A stretch of 64,000 nucleotides of DNA, taken from positions 1,056,001 to 1,120,000 of the forward strand of contig CAWDXG010000004.1 in assembly GCA_963806225.1 (NCBI GenBank). Direction: 5' to 3'. This document shows positions 43,755-53,523 of this stretch, piece by piece; position 1 is the stretch's first letter; each line of letters begins with the position of its first letter. Source of the DNA: an uncultured delta proteobacterium. Its GTDB lineage: Bacteria; Myxococcota_A; Polyangia; Polyangiales; Polyangiaceae. The translations under genes and the position numbers were made by a program. The notes under the pieces were generated by a model. It saw nothing but the letters and a program-made list of their open reading frames with translations, was not told where the DNA came from and made no database searches.

Positions 43755-44381
43755 GTGACCGGGATGGCGGCCGTGCGGGGTGACGCGACGGACGAGATGC
43801 TCATGGTGCGCTACCAGCGAGGCGACCGTGAGGCTTTTGCAGAGCTCGTACGTCGCTACAAGACGCCCATCTACAACTTCACCATCCGACAGCTCCGTCA
43901 TCCCGGCGTATCCGAGGATCTCACGCAGGACGTGTTCCTGCGGGTGGTGCAGAACGCCGCGGACTTCAAACATGAAGCGAGGTTTTCCACCTGGCTCTAC
44001 ACCATCGCGAGAAACCTGTGCATCGACCACATCCGCAAGCAGAGTCACCGGCGCCATCCGTCACTGGACCGGCCCGCCGGAGGTGACGAAGATGGACGCC
44101 CTCTCGTCGAGAGCATCGCGGACAAGCATCCGCGGGCAAGCGTCGAGCGTACAGCAGCGTCCTCCGAGGTGGCGGTTCACATCGTCGCCGCGGTCGAGGC
44201 GCTCCCGGACGATCAGCGCGAGGTGTTCCTGCTCAGACAGCTCGCCAACCTTCCGTTCAAGGACATCGCCCAGATCACCGGCGTGGGAGAGAACACCGTC
44301 AAGAGCCGCATGCGCTACGCGCTGGACCGGCTGAAGGACGCGCTTGCCGAATTCGAGGAATACGCGCGCGCACTGCGCTGA
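43755..44381 (+). CDS. ECF RNA polymerase sigma factor
   Basis: GDREAFAELV, EDLTQDVF, FSTWLYTIARN, DIAQITG..TVKSRMRYA. Confidence 0.92.
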   Translation: MTGMAAVRGDATDEMLMVRYQRGDREAFAELVRRYKTPIYNFTIRQLRHPGVSEDLTQDVFLRVVQNAADFKHEARFSTWLYTIARNLCIDHIRKQSHRRHPSLDRPAGGDEDGRPLVESIADKHPRASVERTAASSEVAVHIVAAVEALPDDQREVFLLRQLANLPFKDIAQITGVGENTVKSRMRYALDRLKDALAEFEEYARALR

Positions 44382-44396
44382 CTAGAGAGAACCGAC

Positions 44397-45515
44397 GTGG
44401 ACTGCGAGAAGTTCGACCGTGTAGTGCTCGACCTGCTCTACGAGGAGCTGGACGAGCTCACCAGTGCCGCCGCGAGGCGACACATGGAGCACTGCACGCG
44501 TTGTCGCAACATAGGGTCGCGCCTGCGCGCCACGCGCGAGGTCGGCGTGCTACCGATGATCGAAGCGCCCGCCGGCCTCGAAGCCCGCATCCTGCAGGCG
44601 GAGCGCGAAGCCAACGCCGTCCTGCCACTGCGCAAGCGTCTGGGCCGCGCGGTCTCGATCATGGCGAGCTACGCGATGCGCCCGCAGCTCGCCATGGCGG
44701 CGCTCCTGCTGCTCATGATCGGCTCGAGCCTGCTGTTCCTGCGGGCGCGCCCGGGGCAGCGCGAATCGGTCCAGGTCACCGAGCGGGGCGTGCCGGAGCG
44801 CGAGGGTCAGTCGGTTGCGATCGTGCCGATGCCCGCGGCCAGCGCAGCTGACGACGTGCCGTCGCACGGCGCGCCCGACCGCGCGCGTCGCAAGCACCAC
44901 GCCCCGCGCCATGGCGAGCGCGCCGAATCCGCTCCCGCGGCGGCTCCCGCGCCGATGGCCGACCGGGCCGCGCAGGGGGAAAAGAAGCAGGCCGAGCCGG
45001 AAGGCACCGCCGGAGCCGCCAGCGACGCGGGTGACGAACAGAGCGCCTACGACCGCGCGATGGCCGCCTATCGCGCCGGCCGCTACGCCGAGGCCCAGCG
45101 ACGCTTCGAGGACGTGGCGCAAGCGGGAGGCGAAAAAGCGCCGACTGCCGCGCTGTACGCCGCGCTTGCTGCGCGCAGCAGCTCCGGCTGCCGCACCGCG
45201 GCGGCTCGTTTCGACTCGGTCAGCTCGCGCTACGGTGGAACAGGCGTCGGGAACGAAGCTAGCTGGCAGGCCGCCGACTGCTACCGCAGCATGGGCGACA
45301 ACGAGCGGGCACGCCGGCACTACACGGCGCTCCTGTCGGTCTCGGGATATTCCGACCGGGCGCGTGCCGCACTCGATTCGCTGGGGCCCGGAAGCGGCGG
45401 CGGCACAGCCGTCGCCTCGCGTCGCGCCGCCGCGGCGAAGGCCGCCGCACCTCCCGCCGCCAAGGCCAAGAAGGCGGCGCCGCCGCCGATGAAGGCCGAC
45501 GAACCGACGAAGTAG
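44397..45515 (+). CDS. Zinc-binding anti-sigma factor with TM segment and periplasmic TPR-like region
   Basis: HMEHCTRC (HxxxCxxC), TM AMAALLLLMIGSSLLFL; directly downstream of the sigma gene. Confidence 0.82.
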   Translation: MDCEKFDRVVLDLLYEELDELTSAAARRHMEHCTRCRNIGSRLRATREVGVLPMIEAPAGLEARILQAEREANAVLPLRKRLGRAVSIMASYAMRPQLAMAALLLLMIGSSLLFLRARPGQRESVQVTERGVPEREGQSVAIVPMPAASAADDVPSHGAPDRARRKHHAPRHGERAESAPAAAPAPMADRAAQGEKKQAEPEGTAGAASDAGDEQSAYDRAMAAYRAGRYAEAQRRFEDVAQAGGEKAPTAALYAALAARSSSGCRTAAARFDSVSSRYGGTGVGNEASWQAADCYRSMGDNERARRHYTALLSVSGYSDRARAALDSLGPGSGGGTAVASRRAAAAKAAAPPAAKAKKAAPPPMKADEPTK

Positions 45516-45525
45516 CGCGGGGGCC

Positions 45526-46500
45526 TCAGGCCTGCAGCATCCGGGCGTTCGAGCCGGCCTCGCCGAGCTCCACGTCCGCGGACTCCAGGCTCACCTTCGA
45601 ACCGTCCGGCGGATCGAACCCCGGACGACCGACCTGCGTCGTGCCCAGCCGCGGGAAGAACAGCGCCAGCACGTACTGCTGGAAGAAGAACCACCACATG
45701 CTGCGGTGGATCAGGCGCTTGTCGATGTTGGGCTCCAGGCGCGCGTGCACCTCGGGAAGCTTCGTCCAGTGCGTTCCCGCGTTCTCGTGATGCGCCGCGT
45801 GCAGCCCGTTGTTGAACAACAGGAAGTTGAGCAGCTTCCCATCGAAGCTGCGCGAGTGGTTGTGACGCGACCACGGATCGGTGTGCACGTGCTGCACGTA
45901 GTTGAACAGCATGATCGTCCACAGCGCGAACACCGCCGGGATCAGGCAGACGAACGTCCAGACGAAGAGTCCCGTCTTCCAGCCGTGCAGAGCGACAGCC
46001 AGGGAAAGCAGCGCGATGTGCGCGCCCGCCCAGACCGAGTACTGCGTGATGATGCGGCGGTAGAGCTTCGGGTTCTTCGTCTTGGCCTTCTTGATGAAGG
46101 TCTTGATCGGGTCCGACTGGTAGTAGCTGGAGACGAAGAAGTACGTCGCGGCCACGAACGCATTGTGCTTGTTCGTGAAACGCCAGGTGATCGTGGCGTC
46201 ACCGGGCCGGTTGACGAACTTGTGATGGTTCAGATTGTGCGTCGGGATCCAGGCGAACGTCGGGTACCCGTAGAAGACCGAGATCCACGCCGCGAACACC
46301 TCGTTCATTCGCTTGTTGCGGAACGTGGGCGAATGATTGTGGTTGTGCGCAATCACACCGCAGGCGAGAGCGAAGTAGGCGCTGACCCAGAACAGGTACG
46401 GAACCAGCTCCGGCCTGGCGAACTGGAGCGCAACGAACCCGGGAGTGAGCACGAAGGCCCACAGCAGCGTGCGGTAGTCGGCTGCAAATCTAGGCTTCAT
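45526..46500 (-). CDS. Membrane fatty acid desaturase family protein
   Basis: His boxes HNHNH, HNLNHH, HAAHH. Confidence 0.85.
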   Translation of the reverse strand: MKPRFAADYRTLLWAFVLTPGFVALQFARPELVPYLFWVSAYFALACGVIAHNHNHSPTFRNKRMNEVFAAWISVFYGYPTFAWIPTHNLNHHKFVNRPGDATITWRFTNKHNAFVAATYFFVSSYYQSDPIKTFIKKAKTKNPKLYRRIITQYSVWAGAHIALLSLAVALHGWKTGLFVWTFVCLIPAVFALWTIMLFNYVQHVHTDPWSRHNHSRSFDGKLLNFLLFNNGLHAAHHENAGTHWTKLPEVHARLEPNIDKRLIHRSMWWFFFQQYVLALFFPRLGTTQVGRPGFDPPDGSKVSLESADVELGEAGSNARMLQA

Positions 46501-46612
46501 GGCGCGCGAAGCGTAGCTCAGGTCGAGTTGACGCGCGTCATCCTTCTGTCAGTTTGTGCTGCGAAAACAGCTTCGCAGTTGGTCCCGTCCCGCCCGCCTG
46601 CTCCCGCCGGAG

Positions 46613-46675
46613 TCCTCGAGGGGGCTCACCGCCCCTCGAGCACCCCGATGCGATTCGCTTCGCTCATCGCGGGCT
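46613..46675. repeat. Dispersed structured repeat (REP-like), copy 1
   Basis: tcctcgagggggctcaccgcccctcga identical to 62613-62639, followed by a second hairpin. Confidence 0.8.
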
Positions 46676-46714
46676 CGTCGCTTCGCCGACGCGCTCCGCA
46701 GGGTCAGACCGGAG

Positions 46715-47107
46715 TCAGTTCGTCGCGTCGCGCAGGTACGCGATCGTGTGGATCGCTTCGACCAGCCGCTCGCGGTCGTCCGGGCTCAGCCCCACGAAAC
46801 GCACCCCCATACCGGGATTGAGGTTCTCGCTGAGCGGACGGATCGCGTTCACCCACTGCACCTCGCCGGCGAGCACGAACGGCTCCTGCGTACCCGGCGG
46901 CGAGAAGCGCAACGTGAGCTCCGTGCCGATCGGAAGCGGATCGCGCGTGCCGACGAAGATCCCCATCTCGGAGATGTTGATGATCGACGCGTACAGGAAC
47001 GTGTCCTCCGTCTGGCAGTCGACGGACCACGTGACCTCGATGCGATCAGCGCTCCTGCGATCGGCGATCGCTAGCGCGTCGGGGTCGTCAGGAGGGTCGT
47101 CGGGCAC
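46715..47107 (-). CDS. PilZ-domain protein (TIGR02266-like)
   Basis: RRSADR and NISEMG motifs; PGMGVRF. Confidence 0.88.
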   Translation of the reverse strand: MPDDPPDDPDALAIADRRSADRIEVTWSVDCQTEDTFLYASIINISEMGIFVGTRDPLPIGTELTLRFSPPGTQEPFVLAGEVQWVNAIRPLSENLNPGMGVRFVGLSPDDRERLVEAIHTIAYLRDATN

Positions 47108-47203
47108 CCCCGGGCCTTAACCCCGATCCGGCGTGCTGTCACGCGAAGCGTTCGCAGGACGCCACGAGTGGGCGCACCAGCGCGGAATCCGGCGCTCCGG
47201 GGC

Positions 47204-49960
47204 TCAGCGCACCCGGAAAACCCCGGCCTCGAGCCGGTTGTCGTTGGCACGCCCGCGCTTGACCGGCAGCCGCCGGTTGCCGATGAACAGGCCGAAGAAC
47301 AGGTGATAGTCGCCCGGCGTGAAGTTCGGCTCGAGGGAGAACTCGTGGATGTCGGCGATGTAGTCGCCGACGTGCCACAGGTTGAACGGATATTTGCCCT
47401 CGAGTGTGTCGTGATCCGCGTTGAAGCGCCGCTGGAAGCCGTCGACGTGCACGAAGGTCTTCCAGTTGCCCGAGATGGGCGCCGCGACCTTGTAGTAGAG
47501 GACTAGCTTGTAGGGCCGCCCGGGCACCACGGCCTCGGCCGGCTCGCCGTCGGGCGTGGTGACACTCCAGCCGAGCGCGTCGAGCTGCCCGCCGAAGTTG
47601 CCGTCCAGCGGATGCATCGGCTTCGGGCGCTGGGTCAGGATCCAGTTGTCGAACGGATTCCTGTTGTCCTCGCCCGACCCGAGCTTGTTGGACACCAACA
47701 TGATCTCGCTCGAGCGCGCGTCGAGCACGGGCAGATTCCGCGGCGGAGTCGTCTGCCGCCGGAACATCGAATTCATCTCGGGCAGGGCGTCGGCGCGGAT
47801 CACGAGCCAGCGGCGCCCGGCTCCCTGCGTCAACCAGTTGAACGCCTCGGTCGTGGTGCCGAACGTCGGGACCTCGCGCCCTGCGTAGTAGCTCGCGCTG
47901 CCAGCGCTCACCCCCATCATGCCGAGCGCCTCGCCGCGATGGGAAAGCCGCTGATAGGACTCGAAGACCTCCTTGGGGGAGATCTGCGCGGCCAGCGCAG
48001 GATAGTAGCCGAGGCTGAGCGTCAGCCCGCAAGCGACCACGCCCAGCATCGACCCTGCCGCACGGCTCAGCCTGAAGCGACCGTATGCGTAGCGGAAGCA
48101 GTCGCGCAGCAGGAGCGCGCCGGCGGGCAGCAGCATGACCACGATCGGCAGCGCGATCCACGCCACGTACGCCGCCTTGCGCTCCATCGCCCCCATGGTC
48201 TCGAACTGCTGCCAGTGGAAGAACCGGTGGCTGAGCCACGATAGGAGTGCGATGCCGGCCAGCGACGCTTCCGCCACGATCGCGCCGAACAGCAGGTTGC
48301 CGTTCCACAACGTCGCCAGCTGGCGCGGCCAGGCCAGGTACTCGTCGCGATCGAAGCGCTGCTCGGCGTCGCGCTGCCGCTCCATGAACGAGAAGAAGAA
48401 CAGCAAGAGGAAGACCGCCGTGCCGAGCTCGATGAAATGCAGGCCCGTCTGCTTGAAGCTCTCGGGGAACTTGGCCGCCTTGACCCCGAACGCACTCAGC
48501 CCCTTGATGGGGATCTCGCGGAAATCCTCGTAGAAGAACACCGCAAACGCCGCTACGCCCATCGCGATGGTCCGCGACCCCGGCGCGCCACGCTCGAAGT
48601 CGCGCAGCGCCAGCGCCACGATGCCGGCGAACGCCGCGACGGCGCCGAACGGTAGGTGGCCCACTGTCGGCGCCATCACGCTGTAGATGCCGTAGCCAAT
48701 CGCGACCACGGTGAGCAGCAGCATGCGGAGCGAGGACTCGCGCTCGAACGCCGCGCGCCCCACGCCCGTCGGAGCGCGCAGCATGCGCGCGATGGCGAAC
48801 GGGATCAGCGCGCTCCAGGGGAACAGGCCGTGGCCGAGATACATGATGACGTAGTCGAAGGCGGGGCGCTGGCGCGCCCGGTCCACCTTCGCGCCGAGCA
48901 GCGCGGAGAAGTGCTCGGCGTGCTCGGGCGAGCCGAACAGCACCTTGAGCCCGATGCCGAGCGCCGCCGCGCCGATCAAAAGCGACAGCACGCCGGCGGC
49001 GTCTCCCAGCCGCTCGCGGCTCTGTCGCCCGGAGAGCAGCGAAAGCAGCCAGGTCATCCCCACGCCCAGCGCCGGAATCGCCACGCCGATCAACACACCG
49101 CGCGATCCGAAGCCCGCGCCCAGCCCGACCAGGCCGAACAGCAGCCACAACACCCTGCGGCTCGTCCGGTGGCCCTGCACGCCGGGCTCGCGGTCGAAGG
49201 CCGCGATGCCGAGCCCGGCCGTCGCGATCGCAATCGCCGACATCGTGACGATGTCACCGAGGATGGTGCGCGAGTGCAGGAAGTAGAGCGGCATCGTCGA
49301 CAGCGCGAGCGCCGCGAACGCCCCGGCCGCGCGATCCGCGAGCCGCGAGACCAGCGCATACGTCACCAGCACGCCGACCAGCCCCCACAGAGCCAACGGC
49401 AGACGCCCCGCCCAGGCGTGCAGCCCGAAAAGCCGGAAACCGACCGCCACCGACGTGAACGGCAGCTGGCCGCGGGCGAGCTCGCCCAGGGTCGGCACGG
49501 AGTTGACCGCGTCCTGCAGCGCAAGGTTGTGCCCGCCGAGCAGGTTCAGCGCGATGCGGCGCGCGAGATCGGCGATGCGCAGCTCGTGCGGATCCCAGAT
49601 GCCGCTGGCCGAGATCGGCCCGAACAGACTGGCCAACGTGACGACCGCGGCGAGCCCCAGCAGCCAGGGGCGATGTTCACCCTGCCGTTCAGGCGTCGTC
49701 GACCACTCGCCATCCTGCTCGGTGTCGGCCTCGGTCCCGGCCTCGGCCTCGATCCCGGCCTCGGTCCCGGACCCGGTCCCGGCCTCGGTCCCGGACTCGG
49801 CCTCGGTCCCGGACTCGGCCTCGGTCCCGGACTCGGCCTCGGTCCCGGACTCGGTCCCGGACCCGGTCTCGGCGGAACGCGCCTCGGCCGGCTGCGCCTC
49901 CCCGGCTGGTTCCTCGTCCCGCTCCGGCTCGTCCCGCTCGTCGGCTGGCTTGTCGCTCAT
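47204..49960 (-). CDS. Large ArnT/GT39-like membrane glycosyltransferase
   Basis: GIWDPHE, AWAGRLP, FPWSALIP; many TM segments plus a periplasmic C-terminal domain. Confidence 0.75.
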   Translation of the reverse strand: MSDKPADERDEPERDEEPAGEAQPAEARSAETGSGTESGTEAESGTEAESGTEAESGTEAGTGSGTEAGIEAEAGTEADTEQDGEWSTTPERQGEHRPWLLGLAAVVTLASLFGPISASGIWDPHELRIADLARRIALNLLGGHNLALQDAVNSVPTLGELARGQLPFTSVAVGFRLFGLHAWAGRLPLALWGLVGVLVTYALVSRLADRAAGAFAALALSTMPLYFLHSRTILGDIVTMSAIAIATAGLGIAAFDREPGVQGHRTSRRVLWLLFGLVGLGAGFGSRGVLIGVAIPALGVGMTWLLSLLSGRQSRERLGDAAGVLSLLIGAAALGIGLKVLFGSPEHAEHFSALLGAKVDRARQRPAFDYVIMYLGHGLFPWSALIPFAIARMLRAPTGVGRAAFERESSLRMLLLTVVAIGYGIYSVMAPTVGHLPFGAVAAFAGIVALALRDFERGAPGSRTIAMGVAAFAVFFYEDFREIPIKGLSAFGVKAAKFPESFKQTGLHFIELGTAVFLLLFFFSFMERQRDAEQRFDRDEYLAWPRQLATLWNGNLLFGAIVAEASLAGIALLSWLSHRFFHWQQFETMGAMERKAAYVAWIALPIVVMLLPAGALLLRDCFRYAYGRFRLSRAAGSMLGVVACGLTLSLGYYPALAAQISPKEVFESYQRLSHRGEALGMMGVSAGSASYYAGREVPTFGTTTEAFNWLTQGAGRRWLVIRADALPEMNSMFRRQTTPPRNLPVLDARSSEIMLVSNKLGSGEDNRNPFDNWILTQRPKPMHPLDGNFGGQLDALGWSVTTPDGEPAEAVVPGRPYKLVLYYKVAAPISGNWKTFVHVDGFQRRFNADHDTLEGKYPFNLWHVGDYIADIHEFSLEPNFTPGDYHLFFGLFIGNRRLPVKRGRANDNRLEAGVFRVR
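49727..49870 (-). repeat. 18-bp coding tandem repeat, (ESGTEA)n
   Basis: Repeated cctcggtcccggactcgg units in the N-terminus of the GT39-like gene. Confidence 0.8.
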
Positions 49961-50073
49961 GGGGCCCGGGGTTTTTGGCGCAACCCCGCAAATAGGGCAA
50001 GCGTTCCCGCGCCGAACCTCTATCCTTCGCCGTCCCGCCGGCCAATCCCGCCGGCACGCCTCCTCCACGAACC

Positions 50074-51057
50074 ATGCGCTTCGGCACTGTCGCCCTCGTC
50101 GGCCGCTCCAACGTCGGCAAATCGACCTTCCTGAACACCGCTCTCGGCGAAGAGCTGGCGATCGTGTCGCCGCGCCCACAGACCACCCGCGACGCCCTGC
50201 TCGGCGTGGTCCACCGCGCAGACGCCCAGATCGCCTTCATCGACACCCCCGGCCTGCACCGCCCCCACTCCGAGCTCGGTCGCCGCATGAACGCCGCCGC
50301 CCTCGACGCCGCGCGCTCCACCGACGTACTCGTGTTCATGACCGACGCCGGCGCGCTCGCCCGTGAGCAGACCAAGCGCAAGTCGCCGCCGCCCGCCGAG
50401 CAGCTGGTCCAACCCGGAGACCGCGAGTTCATCGCACTCTTGCCCGCCGAGCGCCCCGCCCTGCTCGTCGTCAACAAGGTCGACCTGCTCCGTGACCGCG
50501 CCTGGGTGCTGCCGCTGATGGAGGCCTTCCAGAGCGCGCACGAATTCGCCGCCGTCATCCCCACCAGCCTGCGCGAGAAGGGCGGCGCGGAGGCCGTGCT
50601 CGCCGAGCTCGAGAAGCTCCTGCCCGAGGGCGAGCCCGGCTTCTCCGAGGACGACCTCACCAACCGCCCGACCAGCTTCTTCATCCGCGAGTACGTCCGT
50701 GAGCAGGTGATGCTCGGGGCCGAGCGCGAGGTGCCGCACGCCGTCGCCGTCGCCATCGACCGCATCGACGACTCCGGCCGCACGCTGATCATCAAGGCCA
50801 CGCTTCACGTCGAGAAATCCGGCCAGCGCGGCATCCTGATCGGCAAGGGCGGCGCGCGCATCAAGCAGATCGGCACCGCCGCGCGCGAGCGCATCGAGGC
50901 TCTGGTGGGTCGGCGTGTGCACCTCGAGCTGTTCGTTCGCGTCACGCCCCGCTGGAAGGACATGCCGCGCCAGCTGGCCGAGCTCGGCTACGAGGCGCCC
51001 GAGCTCCGCAAGCTCTCCACCGAGATCCCCGACGCACCGAGGCGCAAGAAGCGATGA
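50074..51057 (+). CDS. era: GTPase Era
   Basis: GRSNVGKST, PQTTR, DTPG, NKVD, KH domain GILIGKGG. Confidence 0.95.
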   Translation: MRFGTVALVGRSNVGKSTFLNTALGEELAIVSPRPQTTRDALLGVVHRADAQIAFIDTPGLHRPHSELGRRMNAAALDAARSTDVLVFMTDAGALAREQTKRKSPPPAEQLVQPGDREFIALLPAERPALLVVNKVDLLRDRAWVLPLMEAFQSAHEFAAVIPTSLREKGGAEAVLAELEKLLPEGEPGFSEDDLTNRPTSFFIREYVREQVMLGAEREVPHAVAVAIDRIDDSGRTLIIKATLHVEKSGQRGILIGKGGARIKQIGTAARERIEALVGRRVHLELFVRVTPRWKDMPRQLAELGYEAPELRKLSTEIPDAPRRKKR

Positions 51058-52385
51058 CGCCGATCGTTGCCATCGTCGGCCGGCCCAACGTCGGCAAGAG
51101 CACGCTGTTCAACCGCCTCGCCGGCAAGAAGCTCGCGATCGTGCATGACATGCCGGGCGTCACGCGCGACCGCCACTACGCCGACGCGCACGTGCACGGC
51201 CGCGACATGACCCTGATCGACACCGGCGGCTTCGACCCGACCACCGACGATCCAATGGGCCAGGGCATCGCCCGCCACGTGCAGGCGGCCATCGAGGAGG
51301 CCGATGCCGTCATCTGCGTGCTCGACGGCAGCATGCCGCCCACGCAGCCCGACCGCGAAGCCGTCCAGCTTCTCAGAAAGAGCGGCAAGCCGGTCGTCTA
51401 CGTCGCCAACAAGGCCGACACTCCACAGAGCGAGCTCGACTCCGCCGAGCTGTACGCCCTCGGCATCGACGCGCTCCACCCAATCAGCGCTCTGCACGGC
51501 CGCGGCACCGCCGGCTTCGAGGCCGCCGTGGTCGCCGCCCTGCCCCCCCCCGAGCCCGCCGCTCCCGAAGAACCCGCCGACGCGCCGCCCCACGTCGCCC
51601 TCATCGGCCGGCCCAACGCCGGCAAGTCCTCGCTCTTCAACCACCTCACCGGCTCGGAGCGCTCGCTCGTCGACCACCGCCCCGGCACGACGCGCGATCC
51701 CATCGACTCGGACGTGGAGTACGCCGGCCATCACTACGTGCTCGTCGACACCGCCGGTATCCGTCGCCGCTCCAAGGTCGACCGCGGCGTGGAAATGGCG
51801 AGCGTGATGCGCGCCATCCGCGCCGTCGGCCGCGCCGATGTCGTCGTCTTGATGTGCGACGCCACCGAGGGCATTGCCGAGCAGGATCAGCGCCTCTTGT
51901 CGCTCTGCGCCGAACGCGGCCGCGCCATCGTCATCGGCCTCAACAAGATGGACCTCTACCGCACCAACAAGGAGCGGAAAGACGCGGTGCAGCGCGCCCG
52001 CGACGAGCTGCACTTCGCCCGCTGGGCGCCCATCGTTCCCGTCAGCGCCAAGACCGGAAAAGGCGTCGCGGAGCTGATGAAGACCGTGTGGCAGGCCGCC
52101 GACGAGTTCAAACGTCGCGTGACCACCGGCGAGCTCAACCGATTCTTCGAGCAGGTGCTGGAGCGCCAACCGCCGCCCACCAGCGGCGGACGCGCCCCGC
52201 GCATCTACTACATCACACAGGCCAGCACCCAGCCGCCCGTCTTCGTCGCGATGAGCAACGCGCCCGATTCCGTCAAGGAAAGCTACCAGCGCTTCGTGGT
52301 GAACCAGATCCGCAAGCGCTTCGGCTTCGAGTGCGTCCCCATCGTCGTCCGCTACCGCCACCGCAACAAGCGCGAACGCCGCTAG
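51054..52385 (+). CDS. der: Ribosome biogenesis GTPase Der
   Basis: Two G domains (GRPNVGKST..GVTRD; GRPNAGKSS..GTTRD), SYQRFVVNQIR. Confidence 0.95.
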   Translation: MTPIVAIVGRPNVGKSTLFNRLAGKKLAIVHDMPGVTRDRHYADAHVHGRDMTLIDTGGFDPTTDDPMGQGIARHVQAAIEEADAVICVLDGSMPPTQPDREAVQLLRKSGKPVVYVANKADTPQSELDSAELYALGIDALHPISALHGRGTAGFEAAVVAALPPPEPAAPEEPADAPPHVALIGRPNAGKSSLFNHLTGSERSLVDHRPGTTRDPIDSDVEYAGHHYVLVDTAGIRRRSKVDRGVEMASVMRAIRAVGRADVVVLMCDATEGIAEQDQRLLSLCAERGRAIVIGLNKMDLYRTNKERKDAVQRARDELHFARWAPIVPVSAKTGKGVAELMKTVWQAADEFKRRVTTGELNRFFEQVLERQPPPTSGGRAPRIYYITQASTQPPVFVAMSNAPDSVKESYQRFVVNQIRKRFGFECVPIVVRYRHRNKRERR

Positions 52386-52501
52386 AGCTGCCGCTGGCGG
52401 GTGCCCCCCACGGGAAGCGGCGCGGCGCGAGCGGCGTGCTCGCTTCGCTGCGCGCGCCGCGGCCCCCCAAGGCCGGCGCTCCGCGCCGCCCGGGGGCCCC
52501 A

Positions 52502-52632
52502 GACCGCGACCGCGACCGAAGACCGTCACCGCGACCGAAGACCGCGACCGCGACCGCGACCGTGACCGCGACCGAAGACCGCGACCGAAGACCGTGACCG
52601 AAGACCGTGACCGTGACCGTGACCGTCACCGC
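52502..52632 (+). repeat. GACCG(C/T/AA) tandem array, left
   Basis: Mosaic of GACCGC, GACCGT and GACCGAA units. Confidence 0.92.
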
Positions 52633-52735
52633 GGACGGCTCGCATCGCTTCGCTCGCTTGGGCGATCTGACGGCGGTGGGCAAGCCCGCGCCAGGCTCCG
52701 CCTGGCACTGGGGCTTGCACGGCACCGCACCGCTG

Positions 52736-52790
52736 GGACCCGGTCCCGAACCCGGTCCCGGTCCCGGTCCCGGTCCCGGTCCCGGTCCCA
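52736..52790 (+). repeat. (CCCGGT)n array, reverse-complement related to the GACCG arrays
   Basis: gggacccggtcccgaacccggtcccggtcccggt... Confidence 0.88.
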
Positions 52791-52848
52791 GTCCTTTCTC
52801 CCGCCGGGCGGGCGGGTCGGCGACCCGCCCGGCGGGAGAAAGGACTGG
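52788..52848 (+). promoter_or_regulatory. Perfect 25-bp inverted repeat covering the RBS of four-helix-bundle gene 1
   Basis: ccagtcctttctcccgccgggcggg (52788-52812) pairs with cccgcccggcgggagaaaggactgg (52824-52848); ATG at 52852. Confidence 0.75.
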
Positions 52849-52851
52849 AAC

Positions 52852-53172
52852 ATGCTCGAAGTGGAACGCGTTGCTCTGGAAGCCATTGGCGCCTTGCGGC
52901 CGCTGATGCCGCGTATTGCGCGGCACGACCGCGCGCTGGACACGCAACTGCGCAAGGCGGCCAGCAGCATGGTGCTCAATGTGTGCGAAGCGCAGCACTC
53001 CGATCCCGGCAATCGGCGGGCGCGGTTCCACTCGGCGGCGGGTTCGGCCAACGAATCGCGCGGCGCGCTGCGCGTGGCGGTTGGGTGGGGCTACGTCACC
53101 GACGCGCAGGCGCGACCCGTGCTGGAGCTGCTGGACCGCGTTGTTGCCATGCTCTGGAAGCTCACGCACTGA
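52852..53172 (+). CDS. Four-helix-bundle protein (23S rRNA IVS protein/Avd-like)
   Basis: DRALDTQLRKAASSMVLNVCEA..RARFHSAAGSANE..LDRVVAMLWKL. Confidence 0.85.
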   Translation: MLEVERVALEAIGALRPLMPRIARHDRALDTQLRKAASSMVLNVCEAQHSDPGNRRARFHSAAGSANESRGALRVAVGWGYVTDAQARPVLELLDRVVAMLWKLTH

Positions 53173-53175
53173 CGC

Positions 53176-53523
53176 TCAGCGCACCAGCCGCGTGAGCATC
53201 GCGTTCAGGCGCTGTCCGAGCGACAGCACGCCCGGCAGCGCCTCGCGCCGTGCGTCGCCCGACGCGACCGCGATCTCCACCGCCGCGACCGCTTCCACGA
53301 GCTCCCCGCGCGCCACCGCAAACGCCCGCGCCTTGTCCGCCCGCGTGACCCGCCCTGCGCCCTCCGCGCAGTTCAGACACACGCTCTTCGCAGCCCGTAC
53401 CGCCTCGTCTCGCAGCTTGCGATCGCGCACGTCCGCGGATTTCACCGCCGCGAGCACTTCGAGCGCGAGGCCGTACGCGTGCAGCCGGTGGTGGGGCATG
53501 AGGCATGAGGTCTCTGTCGTCAT
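53176..53523 (-). CDS. Four-helix-bundle protein (23S rRNA IVS protein/Avd-like)
   Basis: HHRLHAY..LRDEAVRAAKSVCLNCAEGAGR..FAVARGELVE..AMLTRL; AAGGAG RBS. Confidence 0.87.
   Translation of the reverse strand: MTTETSCLMPHHRLHAYGLALEVLAAVKSADVRDRKLRDEAVRAAKSVCLNCAEGAGRVTRADKARAFAVARGELVEAVAAVEIAVASGDARREALPGVLSLGQRLNAMLTRLVR

Noticed and set aside
52852..53523. Diversity-generating retroelement
   Set aside because: Avd-like fold only. There is no adjacent RT or TR/VR pair with adenine-specific mismatches, and the RT at 8 kb is a group II intron remnant.
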